DNA of 64,000 nucleotides from an uncultured Candidatus Saccharibacteria bacterium (GTDB taxonomy: Bacteria > Patescibacteriota > Minisyncoccia > Phycocordibacterales > UBA918), in assembly GCA_964638425.1 (NCBI GenBank), contig CAZWYM010000006.1:3054-67053 (forward strand), read 5' to 3'. The position numbers and the translations under genes are program-made. Below, piece by piece: positions 27,297 to 37,525 of the stretch (positions are counted from its first letter, which is position 1; each line of letters begins with the position of its first letter). A model generated the notes under the pieces. That model was not told where the DNA came from and ran no database searches. It was given only the letters and a program-made list of their open reading frames with translations.

Positions 27297-28085
27297 TTAC
27301 TTTGTTTTACGAAGAAAGGCACTTCCTGTTTTGTCTGGCATAACCACAATGAATTCTCCACGCTCTAGGCAAAACTCATCGACGGCCTTTTTAACACCAC
27401 TCCAGTGGTTACTAAGATAATCGTGAAGGAAAAATATACCGCCGCGTGGCATACGCTCATAAAAAAAGTTAAGTCCTGCCTTTGTCGGTTCATACAAGTC
27501 ACAATCAAGACTCACTACCGCGTATGTACTATTTTTATGCACCTCTGTCGCAGACTCAGGGAAATATCCTTTTACGAAATGACACTTGTGATAGCTTTCA
27601 CCGAGGACGCCTGCTACCAATTCGACAGAGGTATCTTCAAAAGCTCGGGCTTTATTTGCGTCAACACCTGTTAAATCTTTCGCACTAAAACCTTCATACG
27701 TATCAAAAAGGTATACATTTCTATCAGAGAGCTCCGCATAGTGTTTCAATACAGCGGCAGTATTACCTCTCCAGACGCCCACCTCAGCAAAATCACCCTC
27801 GATACGTTCATTAATAATTTGCTTACAGTTAAATATAAAGCTCCATAAACGAGGTATGTCACCAGGGTTATATGTATTATGTTGCGTAAATTTTTTAAAG
27901 AGTGAATTAAATTCAGGGTGCTTTCCAAAACGAATATGTGAATCTGGTTGCAGCGCAAGGTATATATTAAAAAATCTTGTCCACTTACGACGAACAGGAA
28001 AAGCGAGAGCTTGAGATAATTTTATTAAGAAAATTCTTTTATATTCAGATTTTGGCTTAGTAAAATATTTGCGCAAAGTAAACAT
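27297..28085 (-). CDS. TylF/MycF/NovP family sugar O-methyltransferase
   Basis: EGDFAEVGVWRG, FDTYEG, KGYFPES, LDCDLYE, HDY. Confidence 0.92.
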   Translation of the reverse strand: MFTLRKYFTKPKSEYKRIFLIKLSQALAFPVRRKWTRFFNIYLALQPDSHIRFGKHPEFNSLFKKFTQHNTYNPGDIPRLWSFIFNCKQIINERIEGDFAEVGVWRGNTAAVLKHYAELSDRNVYLFDTYEGFSAKDLTGVDANKARAFEDTSVELVAGVLGESYHKCHFVKGYFPESATEVHKNSTYAVVSLDCDLYEPTKAGLNFFYERMPRGGIFFLHDYLSNHWSGVKKAVDEFCLERGEFIVVMPDKTGSAFLRKTK

Positions 28086-28230
28086 ATATTTATTTTAGAG
28101 TCATAGAATAATAGTATACTAACTTAAATAAGTCATCTTAAGGTGTCACTTTTTTGATAATAATTCTGTTATACTTGGCAAATAACCCTGTCTAGACTAT
28201 CCCCCCAATACTGATATCTTCTCCTATTTC

Positions 28231-29466
28231 ATGAGCATACTAAAGAAAACGGGTACTTTTTTTCAGGTAGATTTATCATACCTTCTGAGAGGCGGTTTTG
28301 TCCTCGGGATTGGACATGTTACAGGAACACTTCTAGGGTTTTGCCTCTCCCTCATATTTGCGAACTACGTGGATGTTGCCGTCTACGGACAGTACAAATA
28401 CATCGTCTCTATTGCAGGTATCCTTGGTGCGTTTACATTGAGTGGTGTCGGGACAACTATCCTCCAATCAGTTGCAAAAGGATACGACGGAACACTCTTT
28501 GCTGAGCAGAAGTCATATCTTAAGTGGAGTCTCATTTCAGTAGTGCTTTCCTTCTTCGTGGGTGGGTACTACATTTTTAAGGGCGACATGCCCCTTGGAG
28601 CAGGCGTCATCGTGGCGACACTCTGTAGTTACGTTTTTAATTCTCTCACACTCCAAAACCCCTTCCTTAGTGCCAAGAAAGATTTCAAGCGTCTAACCAT
28701 TAACCAAATCCTTAATGCTGGAGCACTCCTCATTATTGTCTCAGGAGCAATATTTTTTGGGTTAAAGAGCGCTCTCTGGATAATTATTACCTACTATGGT
28801 TCACAGATATTTTTCCAGGCACTTACGTATATACACATGCTCCGCGTATACAAGCCAAATGCTAGTGTCGATCCCGAAGATAAACACTTGAGTAAACACC
28901 TCAGTCTCGGCAATATCATCATTTCTATTGCAGAGTACATCGACAAAATTCTTATCTTTCAATTCTTTGGACCAGCGCAGGTTGCGCTCTATGCGTTCTC
29001 TGTAGGTGTTCCTGACCAAATCCGTGGCGTCAATAAAATGCTCGGCACGCTCGTTGTACCAAAATTAAGCATCAAGGATGCTGCAGGTCTTCATACGAGT
29101 ATTTTCGCCCACACACAAAAATATCTCATTGTATCGAGCGCCATAACACTTGCTTTCTATTTCGTTGCCCCGTATTTCTTTGCATTCTTTTTTCCCGCCT
29201 ATGTCGAGGCAGCCGCACTCGCTTCCCTCTATATGCTTCTCCTCCCTATCACCGCAATGTGTACTATGCATGGATATGCAATTCAAATTCGGCGAGACGT
29301 TAAATCGCTCTACATTATTAGGTTTGTTGACTCAATGGGGAAAATTATATTATTTATTATTTTTATTCCATGGCTCGGCGTATTGGGAGCAATCCTTGCA
29401 ATTCTCATTTCAAAGCTAATTACCGCACTCCTACAGATTTATCTCTATCACTATAATTTTAAATAA
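28231..29466 (+). CDS. Wzx-like oligosaccharide flippase
   Basis: About 12 TM; YGQY, IDKILI...G...VALY pattern. Confidence 0.85.
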   Translation: MSILKKTGTFFQVDLSYLLRGGFVLGIGHVTGTLLGFCLSLIFANYVDVAVYGQYKYIVSIAGILGAFTLSGVGTTILQSVAKGYDGTLFAEQKSYLKWSLISVVLSFFVGGYYIFKGDMPLGAGVIVATLCSYVFNSLTLQNPFLSAKKDFKRLTINQILNAGALLIIVSGAIFFGLKSALWIIITYYGSQIFFQALTYIHMLRVYKPNASVDPEDKHLSKHLSLGNIIISIAEYIDKILIFQFFGPAQVALYAFSVGVPDQIRGVNKMLGTLVVPKLSIKDAAGLHTSIFAHTQKYLIVSSAITLAFYFVAPYFFAFFFPAYVEAAALASLYMLLLPITAMCTMHGYAIQIRRDVKSLYIIRFVDSMGKIILFIIFIPWLGVLGAILAILISKLITALLQIYLYHYNFK

Positions 29467-29578
29467 TTCCTAAGTGTAGTAGTCTCTTCCGGTAATTGTG
29501 GGGAGGGTGAGTATAGTTTAATTAATGTGGTTTAGTTTTACGTGCAGTGTACTCGGTATATTTTAGGCAAGATTTATT

Positions 29579-29620
29579 AATACAAAAACACCACTTCGTA
29601 CGAAGTGGTGTTTTTGTATT
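29579..29620. terminator. Perfect 42-bp palindrome, bidirectional terminator between the convergent wzx and kdsA-like genes
   Basis: aatacaaaaacaccacttcgt|acgaagtggtgtttttgtatt. Confidence 0.8.
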
Positions 29621-29681
29621 TGCTTGTGATTGTATCCGTACCTGGAAAGCGACATCATTCCAACACAATTTTTAACAATCC

Positions 29682-30632
29682 TTAAATAACTTCCCTATCA
29701 ACGTTTAAATCTCGAAACTGTGCAATTTCAGCGCATAAACCACGAAGCTCTTCAATAGTGATGTGTTGCCCTGTGTCAGTTGTTGAATCTCCTACCTCAA
29801 CTAAAATTCCATCGTACAGGTACGTACCGTCTGCCATCTGAAGTTTCATTGCCTCAATAGTTGCCTCGACAATCTTATCTCTCATAAGGGAACCGTATGT
29901 GTGCGAAGGGTCAAAAAACATTCTCGCACCTGTCTTTGCTTTTACCTTTTCTGCAGAATTATGTACGGGAAGGTTTCTAAAGCTACCCTTCCCTGCAACA
30001 TCAACTCCACGTTGAATCAAAGCTATTTTTGAACTAATGGCAAAATTCCCGTCTTCGGTTGCAAAACTTATTTGCCCAGCCCAATTCTTCTCCATAATAT
30101 TAAATTGATCCTCTGGTGCAGAGCCGAGCCACTTTCCATTCTTGATACCAACAAACCAATCATTTCGTTCTGCGTATATACCCATCGCGTACATTTGGAA
30201 ACCAAGCTGGTTTACTGCTGGATTCCAAATAAATAATTTCCCTTTTGGAATCTCACGTTCGTATACAGGAAGTTGCACAAGCGGGTCCATCACCTCGGTG
30301 GCAACAATTACTCCTGTGTCCGCAATAAGTTGCTTCGCGATTTCAATACTTCGAGTGATTTTAAGGGACTCGAATGACTCTTTACTTGCTATGAGTCTGA
30401 CATTATCTATATAGTTTGGAAAATCAAACCCCATCCCCTCCCCAGTTACGTTCATACTTGAACGTGATTTGAGCCCAACAGTTCTAATACCCCAAATAGC
30501 CTTCTGTGTCCCAGATGCCCTATTCTTCACTTCAATTGCAGCTATATCGTATAGTTGATGAATATTGTTCTCATTTACAGAACATGGTCCTGCAATGATG
30601 GTAACTTTTTGATTATTTATTTTATCATTCAT
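29682..30632 (-). CDS. Divergent class I DAHP/KDO8P synthase family aldolase
   Basis: IIAGPCSV, RTVGLKSRSS, ATEVMD, IKNG, QRG, FDPSH, GILVE, TDTGQ. Confidence 0.82.
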   Translation of the reverse strand: MNDKINNQKVTIIAGPCSVNENNIHQLYDIAAIEVKNRASGTQKAIWGIRTVGLKSRSSMNVTGEGMGFDFPNYIDNVRLIASKESFESLKITRSIEIAKQLIADTGVIVATEVMDPLVQLPVYEREIPKGKLFIWNPAVNQLGFQMYAMGIYAERNDWFVGIKNGKWLGSAPEDQFNIMEKNWAGQISFATEDGNFAISSKIALIQRGVDVAGKGSFRNLPVHNSAEKVKAKTGARMFFDPSHTYGSLMRDKIVEATIEAMKLQMADGTYLYDGILVEVGDSTTDTGQHITIEELRGLCAEIAQFRDLNVDREVI

Positions 30633-30673
30633 ACTCCTTCAGCTTCATGAGTGTTTAGAGTACTCAGGGCTCA

Positions 30674-31441
30674 TTACTTCATTTCTTTGTACATCCTTAC
30701 AACTCTATTATAGTCATCCTGTGTGTTCACTCCAACATTCTCTGAATCGCTCTTTACTACCCCAAGACTATATCCATTTTCAAGAATTCGTAACTGTTCA
30801 ACACCCTCAATAAGCTCAAGTGGTGTTTGATGCATCGCACTATATTTTGCAAGAAAATCACAACTCATCACCATAACTCCACTTGAATGATAGTAATCGA
30901 CAGATGCATGGGTGAAGTTATACGGGACTGGTGAACGGGAAAGATACAGCATCTTATTGTTTTTATCGGTAACCACTTTGCCGACGCTATCTGAAACTAC
31001 CATTTGAACATCGTGGATTTTAAATGCTGCGGTGACTGCATCGAATGTATCATTCTCGAGAAACAAATTCACGCACGAATCAATAACTTCTGCTGGATAG
31101 AGTGGTTCATCCCCCCAAATGATAGCAACAACGTCAGGGGTAAAGTCTGCAAAGAGTGATACCGCATTATGTGCACGGACAGTACCATTCTCACATTCGG
31201 CAGTAGAGCGAACGACATTCCCTCCAAATGATTTTACTTCAGCTTCAATCTCTTCAGAATCAGTGGCAACCACGATAGCATCGAGTGCTCCTGCATTAAG
31301 ACTTCTCTCATAGGTACGCCGAATAAGTGTCTTGCCGTCAATATCAGCAAGCATTTTCTTTGGAAGCCTAGTCGATGCAATACGAGCAGGAATTATACCG
31401 AGTACCTTTTGCTTTTGTGTCAAACCCATACTGTTTTGCAA
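30674..31441 (-). CDS. kdsB: CMP-Kdo synthetase-like cytidylyltransferase
   Basis: IIPARIASTRLPKK, VATD, GDEP, YLSRSPVP, LELIEGVEQLRILENG. Confidence 0.88.
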   Translation of the reverse strand: MQNSMGLTQKQKVLGIIPARIASTRLPKKMLADIDGKTLIRRTYERSLNAGALDAIVVATDSEEIEAEVKSFGGNVVRSTAECENGTVRAHNAVSLFADFTPDVVAIIWGDEPLYPAEVIDSCVNLFLENDTFDAVTAAFKIHDVQMVVSDSVGKVVTDKNNKMLYLSRSPVPYNFTHASVDYYHSSGVMVMSCDFLAKYSAMHQTPLELIEGVEQLRILENGYSLGVVKSDSENVGVNTQDDYNRVVRMYKEMK

Positions 31442-31519
31442 TATTGTAATGATTTAAGTAACGCTCTTTATAACGTACGTTCCATGATAAAAGGTTGCGA
31501 GAAAAACCGACAAATGCCT

Positions 31520-33010
31520 TTAGAGACATACTATATCATGTAGGCAAGATTCTATGTCCCTAGAACCTTCGCTGATTTTTGTCTTTCGGGTTTGTAGTAC
31601 CTCGCGTGATGTCTGCCGTACGATATTGAACTCTTCAAAGATATCACAATCTGGTGAATCAACAACCGAAGCAAGGTTGTCACGGTCGAGTCTATTCATG
31701 TTTTTGTAGGGAGTATTGAAAATACAGACCGGAATACCCATCTCCACCGACTCATCCAGGAAACCAGAATACACACCAGCAACCACATCTGCCTGGCTTA
31801 TTGCCCACTCCTTGTCTAGAGGAGTAATAATTTTAAGCTGAGGATGCTTAAAATTAGGGGAACCAAAATATTGTGCAATTTGCTGTCCCGCTTCAAAATC
31901 TCCGCGCAAAACAAAGAGTACCTGTATGCGTGAATCATTCAAAAGCGAATCCATATAGGGTTTAATATATTCTCTTTGAGATGAGACCTCATACGGAATA
32001 AGTACCGTTATTGAATCATTTGAAATCGCTTTTGAGTACTCGACCTGTTTTGGTGGAGTAAAGGCATACGGTCTACCCCCAATCTTTAATCGCGAAGCAT
32101 AAAATGAATAGAGCGGACTAATTTCAGTTATCCTGCGTAGCCAATATGTATTCCATGTAAAAAAATAATCTGGAAATATGTATTGCTCGGGAGGTAACAT
32201 ATCAAGTCCACTAAGATAATCGAAATTTGAATGCTGAAAAATATATGACGGTACAGCAGCCTTCTCACATGCATAGAGGATATCGCCTAAATAGCGGTTG
32301 TCGTCAATTGAAACAAACTTTTTTATTCCTGTGAGTTTAAAAATGACAGCGAGTAACTTAGTGGAGACGTCACTACGTCTAATATTCTTTTCTGTCTCAC
32401 GGACAATATATTGAACAAAATCCTTTTCGAAATCCTCGACACTTGCTACTTCCCAATCTATTTTCTTAAAAATAGACTTTGAGCTTAGTAGAGAGATAAA
32501 GCTGCTTACCACACTGATTGATTCACCATATATTCCCAATCGACGGCGCTTTAATATATTAATAAAAAAATTGCGCACAGTAGTGACATGAATAATCTCG
32601 ATATATCGAATTTTCTCATTCTGAAGAAATTGAAGCACATTAAACAAACGAGGGTTCTTATTGGAACCATGCTTTAAAAAGTCAGAACAAAACAAAAGCA
32701 CCCTTGGTCGACGGAACATTGCTGAACATAGTGCAATGAGGGTAACTCCAAGAACAACTATATTAAATAAAATAATAGGAACATAACTTACCAGGCGCGG
32801 TCGTCGCGATTTTTTGTATTTTTGAAAAGTCCCCTTCTTTCTAAATTCCTTTACTTGACTCAAAATAAAGAACTGTTGCGATGCCCAGCTTGAGTACGTC
32901 CCCGATGTATAGTACAAACCAATATTCTTTCCTTCGACAGTAAGCGTATTAATGCGCTTGAGCAAATCTATTGCGTACTCCTGGTTTCCTATATCCTGCG
33001 CATTGCTCAT
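31520..33010 (-). CDS. Putative GT-B transferase for a CMP-ulosonic acid
   Basis: FQH, FFTW, GGRP, YSGFLDE...GIPV patterns as in sialyl/Kdo/glycerophosphate transferase-like proteins; directly upstream of kdsB. Confidence 0.5.
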   Translation of the reverse strand: MSNAQDIGNQEYAIDLLKRINTLTVEGKNIGLYYTSGTYSSWASQQFFILSQVKEFRKKGTFQKYKKSRRPRLVSYVPIILFNIVVLGVTLIALCSAMFRRPRVLLFCSDFLKHGSNKNPRLFNVLQFLQNEKIRYIEIIHVTTVRNFFINILKRRRLGIYGESISVVSSFISLLSSKSIFKKIDWEVASVEDFEKDFVQYIVRETEKNIRRSDVSTKLLAVIFKLTGIKKFVSIDDNRYLGDILYACEKAAVPSYIFQHSNFDYLSGLDMLPPEQYIFPDYFFTWNTYWLRRITEISPLYSFYASRLKIGGRPYAFTPPKQVEYSKAISNDSITVLIPYEVSSQREYIKPYMDSLLNDSRIQVLFVLRGDFEAGQQIAQYFGSPNFKHPQLKIITPLDKEWAISQADVVAGVYSGFLDESVEMGIPVCIFNTPYKNMNRLDRDNLASVVDSPDCDIFEEFNIVRQTSREVLQTRKTKISEGSRDIESCLHDIVCL

Positions 33011-33040
33011 AAAAGTTCCATTAATTTAGAGGCCTGTAAT

Positions 33041-33988
33041 TCAAGAAGTAACTTTTTTGAAAAGATAATTATCAGAGCTATGTGGAATATCAAGAAGTGT
33101 CATTAATTGATTAAAATCAATTAATTGCAATTCTCCATCATTACCAATCTTATACATGAGATATCCAAGATCAATGAGCAACTTCGCAGCGTCAATATGA
33201 TTTTTGTTATTATGAGGCTTAGACCAAATCTCCATTGCAATTGTTGGATAGCTCGCTTGTATTGTTTTAATACCCCCTTTCAGGACTTCACTCTCGGCTC
33301 CTTCGACATCAATTTTAATAAAAGTCGGAGTCACTCCTTGCTTTAAACAATACTCGTCAAGAGTCGTACATGAAACCTCTATATTCTTAAATTCACTCAG
33401 GTCGACACTTGCAACATCCTTAAAAAAATCCTTTTCTATGGTACTTCCTGCCCCCATGGTCATATAAAATGATCGCTTACCGGAATTTTCACACACTGCT
33501 AACTTAGATGCGTACATATTATCGTACGGACTTAGGTTTTTTTGGGTAATTGCAAAATGGGTATCGGTTGGCTCAAAAGCATGAATCTGAGTCTTACTTT
33601 CTTCGGTTAGAAAATGAGCGAGTAAGGAATAGAATCCATGATGTGCACCAATATCAAAAAAGACCCCTCCTTTTGGCAGACTTTTTATCATGTACTTTTG
33701 CAGACCAACTTCCGTACCCCCCAAACATCCCGTAATCCAAAGACAATATTCAAAACTATGAATGGTTATTGGGTAATTAAAAAATGTCTTTGTGCGTACT
33801 TTAAAAATAAATTTTTTATTTAATCTTAAAAGTATTGCACGAGAGATTATTTGCAGTGGATAGTGCACCAGTCTGCTCATTTTATTTTTTAAACCTGGTC
33901 GAAAAAGAGTATCCAGTATGGATAAATTTTTATCAATTGTTTTTAGGAGTTCTTCATTTGTTGTCATAAGTAAATTCGATTGTAACAC
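33041..33988 (-). CDS. FkbM family methyltransferase
   Basis: FDIGAHHG, AFEP, IKIDVEGAE. Confidence 0.9.
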   Translation of the reverse strand: MLQSNLLMTTNEELLKTIDKNLSILDTLFRPGLKNKMSRLVHYPLQIISRAILLRLNKKFIFKVRTKTFFNYPITIHSFEYCLWITGCLGGTEVGLQKYMIKSLPKGGVFFDIGAHHGFYSLLAHFLTEESKTQIHAFEPTDTHFAITQKNLSPYDNMYASKLAVCENSGKRSFYMTMGAGSTIEKDFFKDVASVDLSEFKNIEVSCTTLDEYCLKQGVTPTFIKIDVEGAESEVLKGGIKTIQASYPTIAMEIWSKPHNNKNHIDAAKLLIDLGYLMYKIGNDGELQLIDFNQLMTLLDIPHSSDNYLFKKVTS

Positions 33989-34003
33989 GTATAGGGACCT
34001 TTT

Positions 34004-34750
34004 CTACTTCTTCAAGAAAACGACAAAACTCCCCGCAAAGAGCCCTGGCAACACTTTCTCAAGGAATGGTACTCCACGGTAACCGTAGATTTCATAGTTG
34101 GTATACCCGAGCGCCTTGAGCCACCACGTGAGGTCGGTATACGTCCAGAAGCGTAGATGCTCGTTGGGAAACTTCACCCACTGTGCGGGCATTCGTCCAA
34201 AGAGAACACGAAGTCGGTAGAGAAAATTTCCTGAATTCGGAAAAGAGAAAAAGACTCCCTTCTCCGCCTTTCTGAAAACAGAATCAAGCACCTTCTCTGA
34301 GTGAGGAATGTGTTCGAGAATTTCAAGCAAGAGGAAATAATCAGCTGGTTCAATGTCGGCAATATCTTCTTCAGAATTAATATCAAATTTCTTTCCTTCC
34401 ATTCCAAGAGACCCAGCTACTTCAAGTGCATAATCCGAATACTCATATCCGACATACTTCTTTATTTTCAATTTCCCCCGAAGGTAATTAAAAATAACAC
34501 CAGGACCCGAAGCGATGTCTCCAATGGTAACTTCCTCTGTCCCAATCTTTAGCGCGACATAATCAGCTCGGAGTGCTTCGTTTCGCGATATGGTGCGCGC
34601 ACTCGCTCCGCTAACTGCCCCACGCTTCTCTTTCCAATAGGTGTCGTAATCGAGTGATTCCTCTACCTGAAGGGTGTGTTGTGGGTACGTAAAAATGAGC
34701 ACGTACCACCGCTTCAAAAAATACAATTTCTCCTTAAAAAACTTGAACAT
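34004..34750 (-). CDS. SAM-dependent methyltransferase (MetW-like)
   Basis: DIASGPG, EILEHI, SFPNSG...RLRVLFGRMP. Confidence 0.8.
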   Translation of the reverse strand: MFKFFKEKLYFLKRWYVLIFTYPQHTLQVEESLDYDTYWKEKRGAVSGASARTISRNEALRADYVALKIGTEEVTIGDIASGPGVIFNYLRGKLKIKKYVGYEYSDYALEVAGSLGMEGKKFDINSEEDIADIEPADYFLLLEILEHIPHSEKVLDSVFRKAEKGVFFSFPNSGNFLYRLRVLFGRMPAQWVKFPNEHLRFWTYTDLTWWLKALGYTNYEIYGYRGVPFLEKVLPGLFAGSFVVFLKK

Positions 34751-34816
34751 ATCGTATAGAGCATGCTATCACGCCCTGTCTTGTTCGGCTATATAAACTA
34801 CGTTACAATAATCCCC

Positions 34817-36091
34817 ATGAAACCTAATGATACAGAGCGCTCAACCTGTCGTATTTCAGGTGAACCCCTTATTCCGCTTTTTACCCTCGGCACCTTACAC
34901 CTCTCAGATTTTATTGACCCAGAGATGGAACCACGGATGACACCCGTGGAACTTAAGCTTATGCTCGCGCCTGAGTCTGGTCTCGTGCAACTCGCACACA
35001 CCGCAGACTTTGATGAAATGTACCGTGAGTACTGGTATCGCTCAGGAACCAACATAACCATGCGTACTGAGCTCAAGGAGATTGCAGAACGTGCAACAAA
35101 ACTCATCCGACCGGGGATGGGCGACACGTGGCTCGATATTGGATGCAACGACGGCACACTTCTCTCAAATGTAGACACCAATGTTATTCGTGTTGGTTTT
35201 GATCCTGCACTCAACACTTTCCTTGAAGAAGAATCAAAGAAGCATGCTGACACTGTTGTTGTTGATTACTTCACCGCAGAAAAATACAAAGAAACAGGGC
35301 GCGCTAAGGCGAAGGTCATTACCTCAATTGCAATGTTCTATGACCTTGAGGACCCACACGCATTTGTGAACGATATTGATGCAGTTCTTGATGATGAAGG
35401 ACTCTGGATAATTCAAATGAGCTATCTTCCCTTAATGTTGAAGCAACTCGCTTTTGACAACATCTGCCACGAACACCTCGAGTACTACAGCCTTGAGTCA
35501 CTCACCTATCTTCTCGACCAACATAACTTTAAAGTTGTTGACTGTGAGCTCAATGACATTAACGGTGGAAGCTTCCGTATCTATATTCGAAAAAAGAATG
35601 CGAACCCAGCACTCTTCGCTACGTCACCATATCGCGATGTTGCTGATATGCGCGTTGAAGGTATTCGTGCTCTTGAAGAAAAAATGGACCTTAAGAACCC
35701 TCAGACATACATCACTTTCTTTGAAAAAATTCAAGAACTCAAGAAGGAGACGATGGATTTCATCACTGCAGCACGCGCGGAAGGAAAAACAATCTGGGGA
35801 TATGGCGCTTCAACAAAAGGCAATACCCTTCTCCAATGGTACGGACTTGATAACACACATATCGACGGTATTGCAGAACGTTCTGAAATAAAGTTTGGTA
35901 AGAAAACTGCTGGAACAAACATCCCTATCCTCTCAGAAGAAGAAGCGCGCAACGCAAAACCAGATTACATGCTCGTACTTCCATGGCACTTCATCAATGA
36001 ATTCAAGACACGCGAAGGCGAATACCTCAAAGCAGGAGGTGCGTTCATCGTACCCTGCCCAAAGTTTGAAATTATTACGGGAGAAGATTAA
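34817..36091 (+). CDS. NDP-hexose C-methyltransferase
   Basis: LDIGCNDG, FDNICHEHLEYYS, NGGS, GYGASTKGNTLL, LPWHF. Start at ATG 34817. Confidence 0.92.
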   Translation: MKPNDTERSTCRISGEPLIPLFTLGTLHLSDFIDPEMEPRMTPVELKLMLAPESGLVQLAHTADFDEMYREYWYRSGTNITMRTELKEIAERATKLIRPGMGDTWLDIGCNDGTLLSNVDTNVIRVGFDPALNTFLEEESKKHADTVVVDYFTAEKYKETGRAKAKVITSIAMFYDLEDPHAFVNDIDAVLDDEGLWIIQMSYLPLMLKQLAFDNICHEHLEYYSLESLTYLLDQHNFKVVDCELNDINGGSFRIYIRKKNANPALFATSPYRDVADMRVEGIRALEEKMDLKNPQTYITFFEKIQELKKETMDFITAARAEGKTIWGYGASTKGNTLLQWYGLDNTHIDGIAERSEIKFGKKTAGTNIPILSEEEARNAKPDYMLVLPWHFINEFKTREGEYLKAGGAFIVPCPKFEIITGED

Positions 36092-37103
36092 TCTTCTCTT
36101 CTTCCCTTTCCACCATCATACGCACAAGTTCCTCAAAGGTGACGGTACGTTGCCATTTTGTCATACGCTCTAATTTTGCTGTATTTGAAATAACTGGGTT
36201 ATCATCCGGCTTGTAGTAAGCGGGGTTAACCATTACCCGAAGCACCCTATCCTCATCATAGGCTTTCGTCTCGACACCGTTCCCTTCCCAGTGTAGCTCT
36301 ATACCGACAGCTTTGAATGCCAAGGTAATAAAGTCACGAACAGTCTGTACCGCTCCAGAGCCAATAACAAAATCATCAGGTTCATCGAGCGCGAGTATTG
36401 CGTGCATCGCTCGTACAAAATCACCTGCATAACTCCAATCTCGTTTTGCATCAACATTTCCAATGGAGAGCATCTCCATTTCTCCATTAGCTATCAACAC
36501 GACATGTTCAGCAATCTTACCGGTTACAAATCTGTTTCCCCTTCGTGGTGACTCATGATTGCAAAGAAAGCCAGACGCAATAAAAAAACCCTTTTCACGG
36601 TATGGAAGGACAACCTCCTCGTATGAAGCTCGCTTTGAAACATCGTATGGGTGAACGCTACTCGTGAGTTGCGACGATTCATCAATAGAGCCGTCCTCAT
36701 GTGCTTGGAGCATTCTCGATGAGAGTGCTTGGAAAATGCGTGCATCAGGGCGCACACTAAAAACTATCTCCGCTATATCACGGGGCGCCCATGCATTGAT
36801 GCGCATGGTGCGCTCAGGATTATCTCCTGCGGAGGTGAGGTCTGAGAGTGCTGCGAGATTATATACCTCATCGGGTGCGTATTCAGTGAGTGCATCATGA
36901 TATGTATGAGAATCCTCTAGAGTACCAATATGCGTAGAGACACCTTCTACTCCACGGAAGAGCTCAGCGTTACTATGCTTCGTATCAGAATCCGTTATCA
37001 AGCCGAGCACCTCGTACCCTTGCGAAAGGAGATGTTCTGCGAGGTAGGAACCATCCTGCCCATACAACCCAGTGATGAATGCGCGCTTACCCCTTGTGTT
37101 CAT
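36075..37103 (-). CDS. Divergent Gmd-family SDR (possible reductase)
   Basis: GLYGQDG, YNLAA, YDVSK, NHESPRRG, RDW; the ASTSE segment reads ALSSR. Confidence 0.8.
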   Translation of the reverse strand: MNTRGKRAFITGLYGQDGSYLAEHLLSQGYEVLGLITDSDTKHSNAELFRGVEGVSTHIGTLEDSHTYHDALTEYAPDEVYNLAALSDLTSAGDNPERTMRINAWAPRDIAEIVFSVRPDARIFQALSSRMLQAHEDGSIDESSQLTSSVHPYDVSKRASYEEVVLPYREKGFFIASGFLCNHESPRRGNRFVTGKIAEHVVLIANGEMEMLSIGNVDAKRDWSYAGDFVRAMHAILALDEPDDFVIGSGAVQTVRDFITLAFKAVGIELHWEGNGVETKAYDEDRVLRVMVNPAYYKPDDNPVISNTAKLERMTKWQRTVTFEELVRMMVEREEEKINLLP

Positions 37104-37485
37104 ATTTTGGATGTGACTTTTCTTCAATGATATTCGAGCCAAGGAATTGATTGATTTCTTTTTTCACCCGCGCGCGCTGGTCATTCTCGAAGTGGGAGCC
37201 CCGAGTTGCAATAATAAACTTTGCATCATCGTTCCAAAATTCACGAACATCATTTTCAGTATCCCAAATTTTCTTGTTAATGAGCCTGAGCTCAGTATGA
37301 AGTCGGGTGAGCTCTTCGGAGAGTGGGAGTTCCTTTTTCATCACCTCAAGAAGAAGAGTGAGTTCGCGTTCAATATTCACACGCTTTTCTGCGTCACTAA
37401 TCTCCTCCATCTTTATCTCAAGAATAGTAATCTTATCGATTAATTCTCCAGGCGAAACAGGTGTTAAAATTTGCATAGTATTCAA
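37087..37485 (-). CDS. DUF6165-like small protein
   Basis: PVSPGELIDKITILEIK...NDQRARVKKEIN...IIEEKS. Confidence 0.8.
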   Translation of the reverse strand: MNTMQILTPVSPGELIDKITILEIKMEEISDAEKRVNIERELTLLLEVMKKELPLSEELTRLHTELRLINKKIWDTENDVREFWNDDAKFIIATRGSHFENDQRARVKKEINQFLGSNIIEEKSHPKYEHKG

Positions 37486-37525
37486 TATATTTTACCTCAT
37501 TATCGCAAGACGTTTGCATCCCGAA

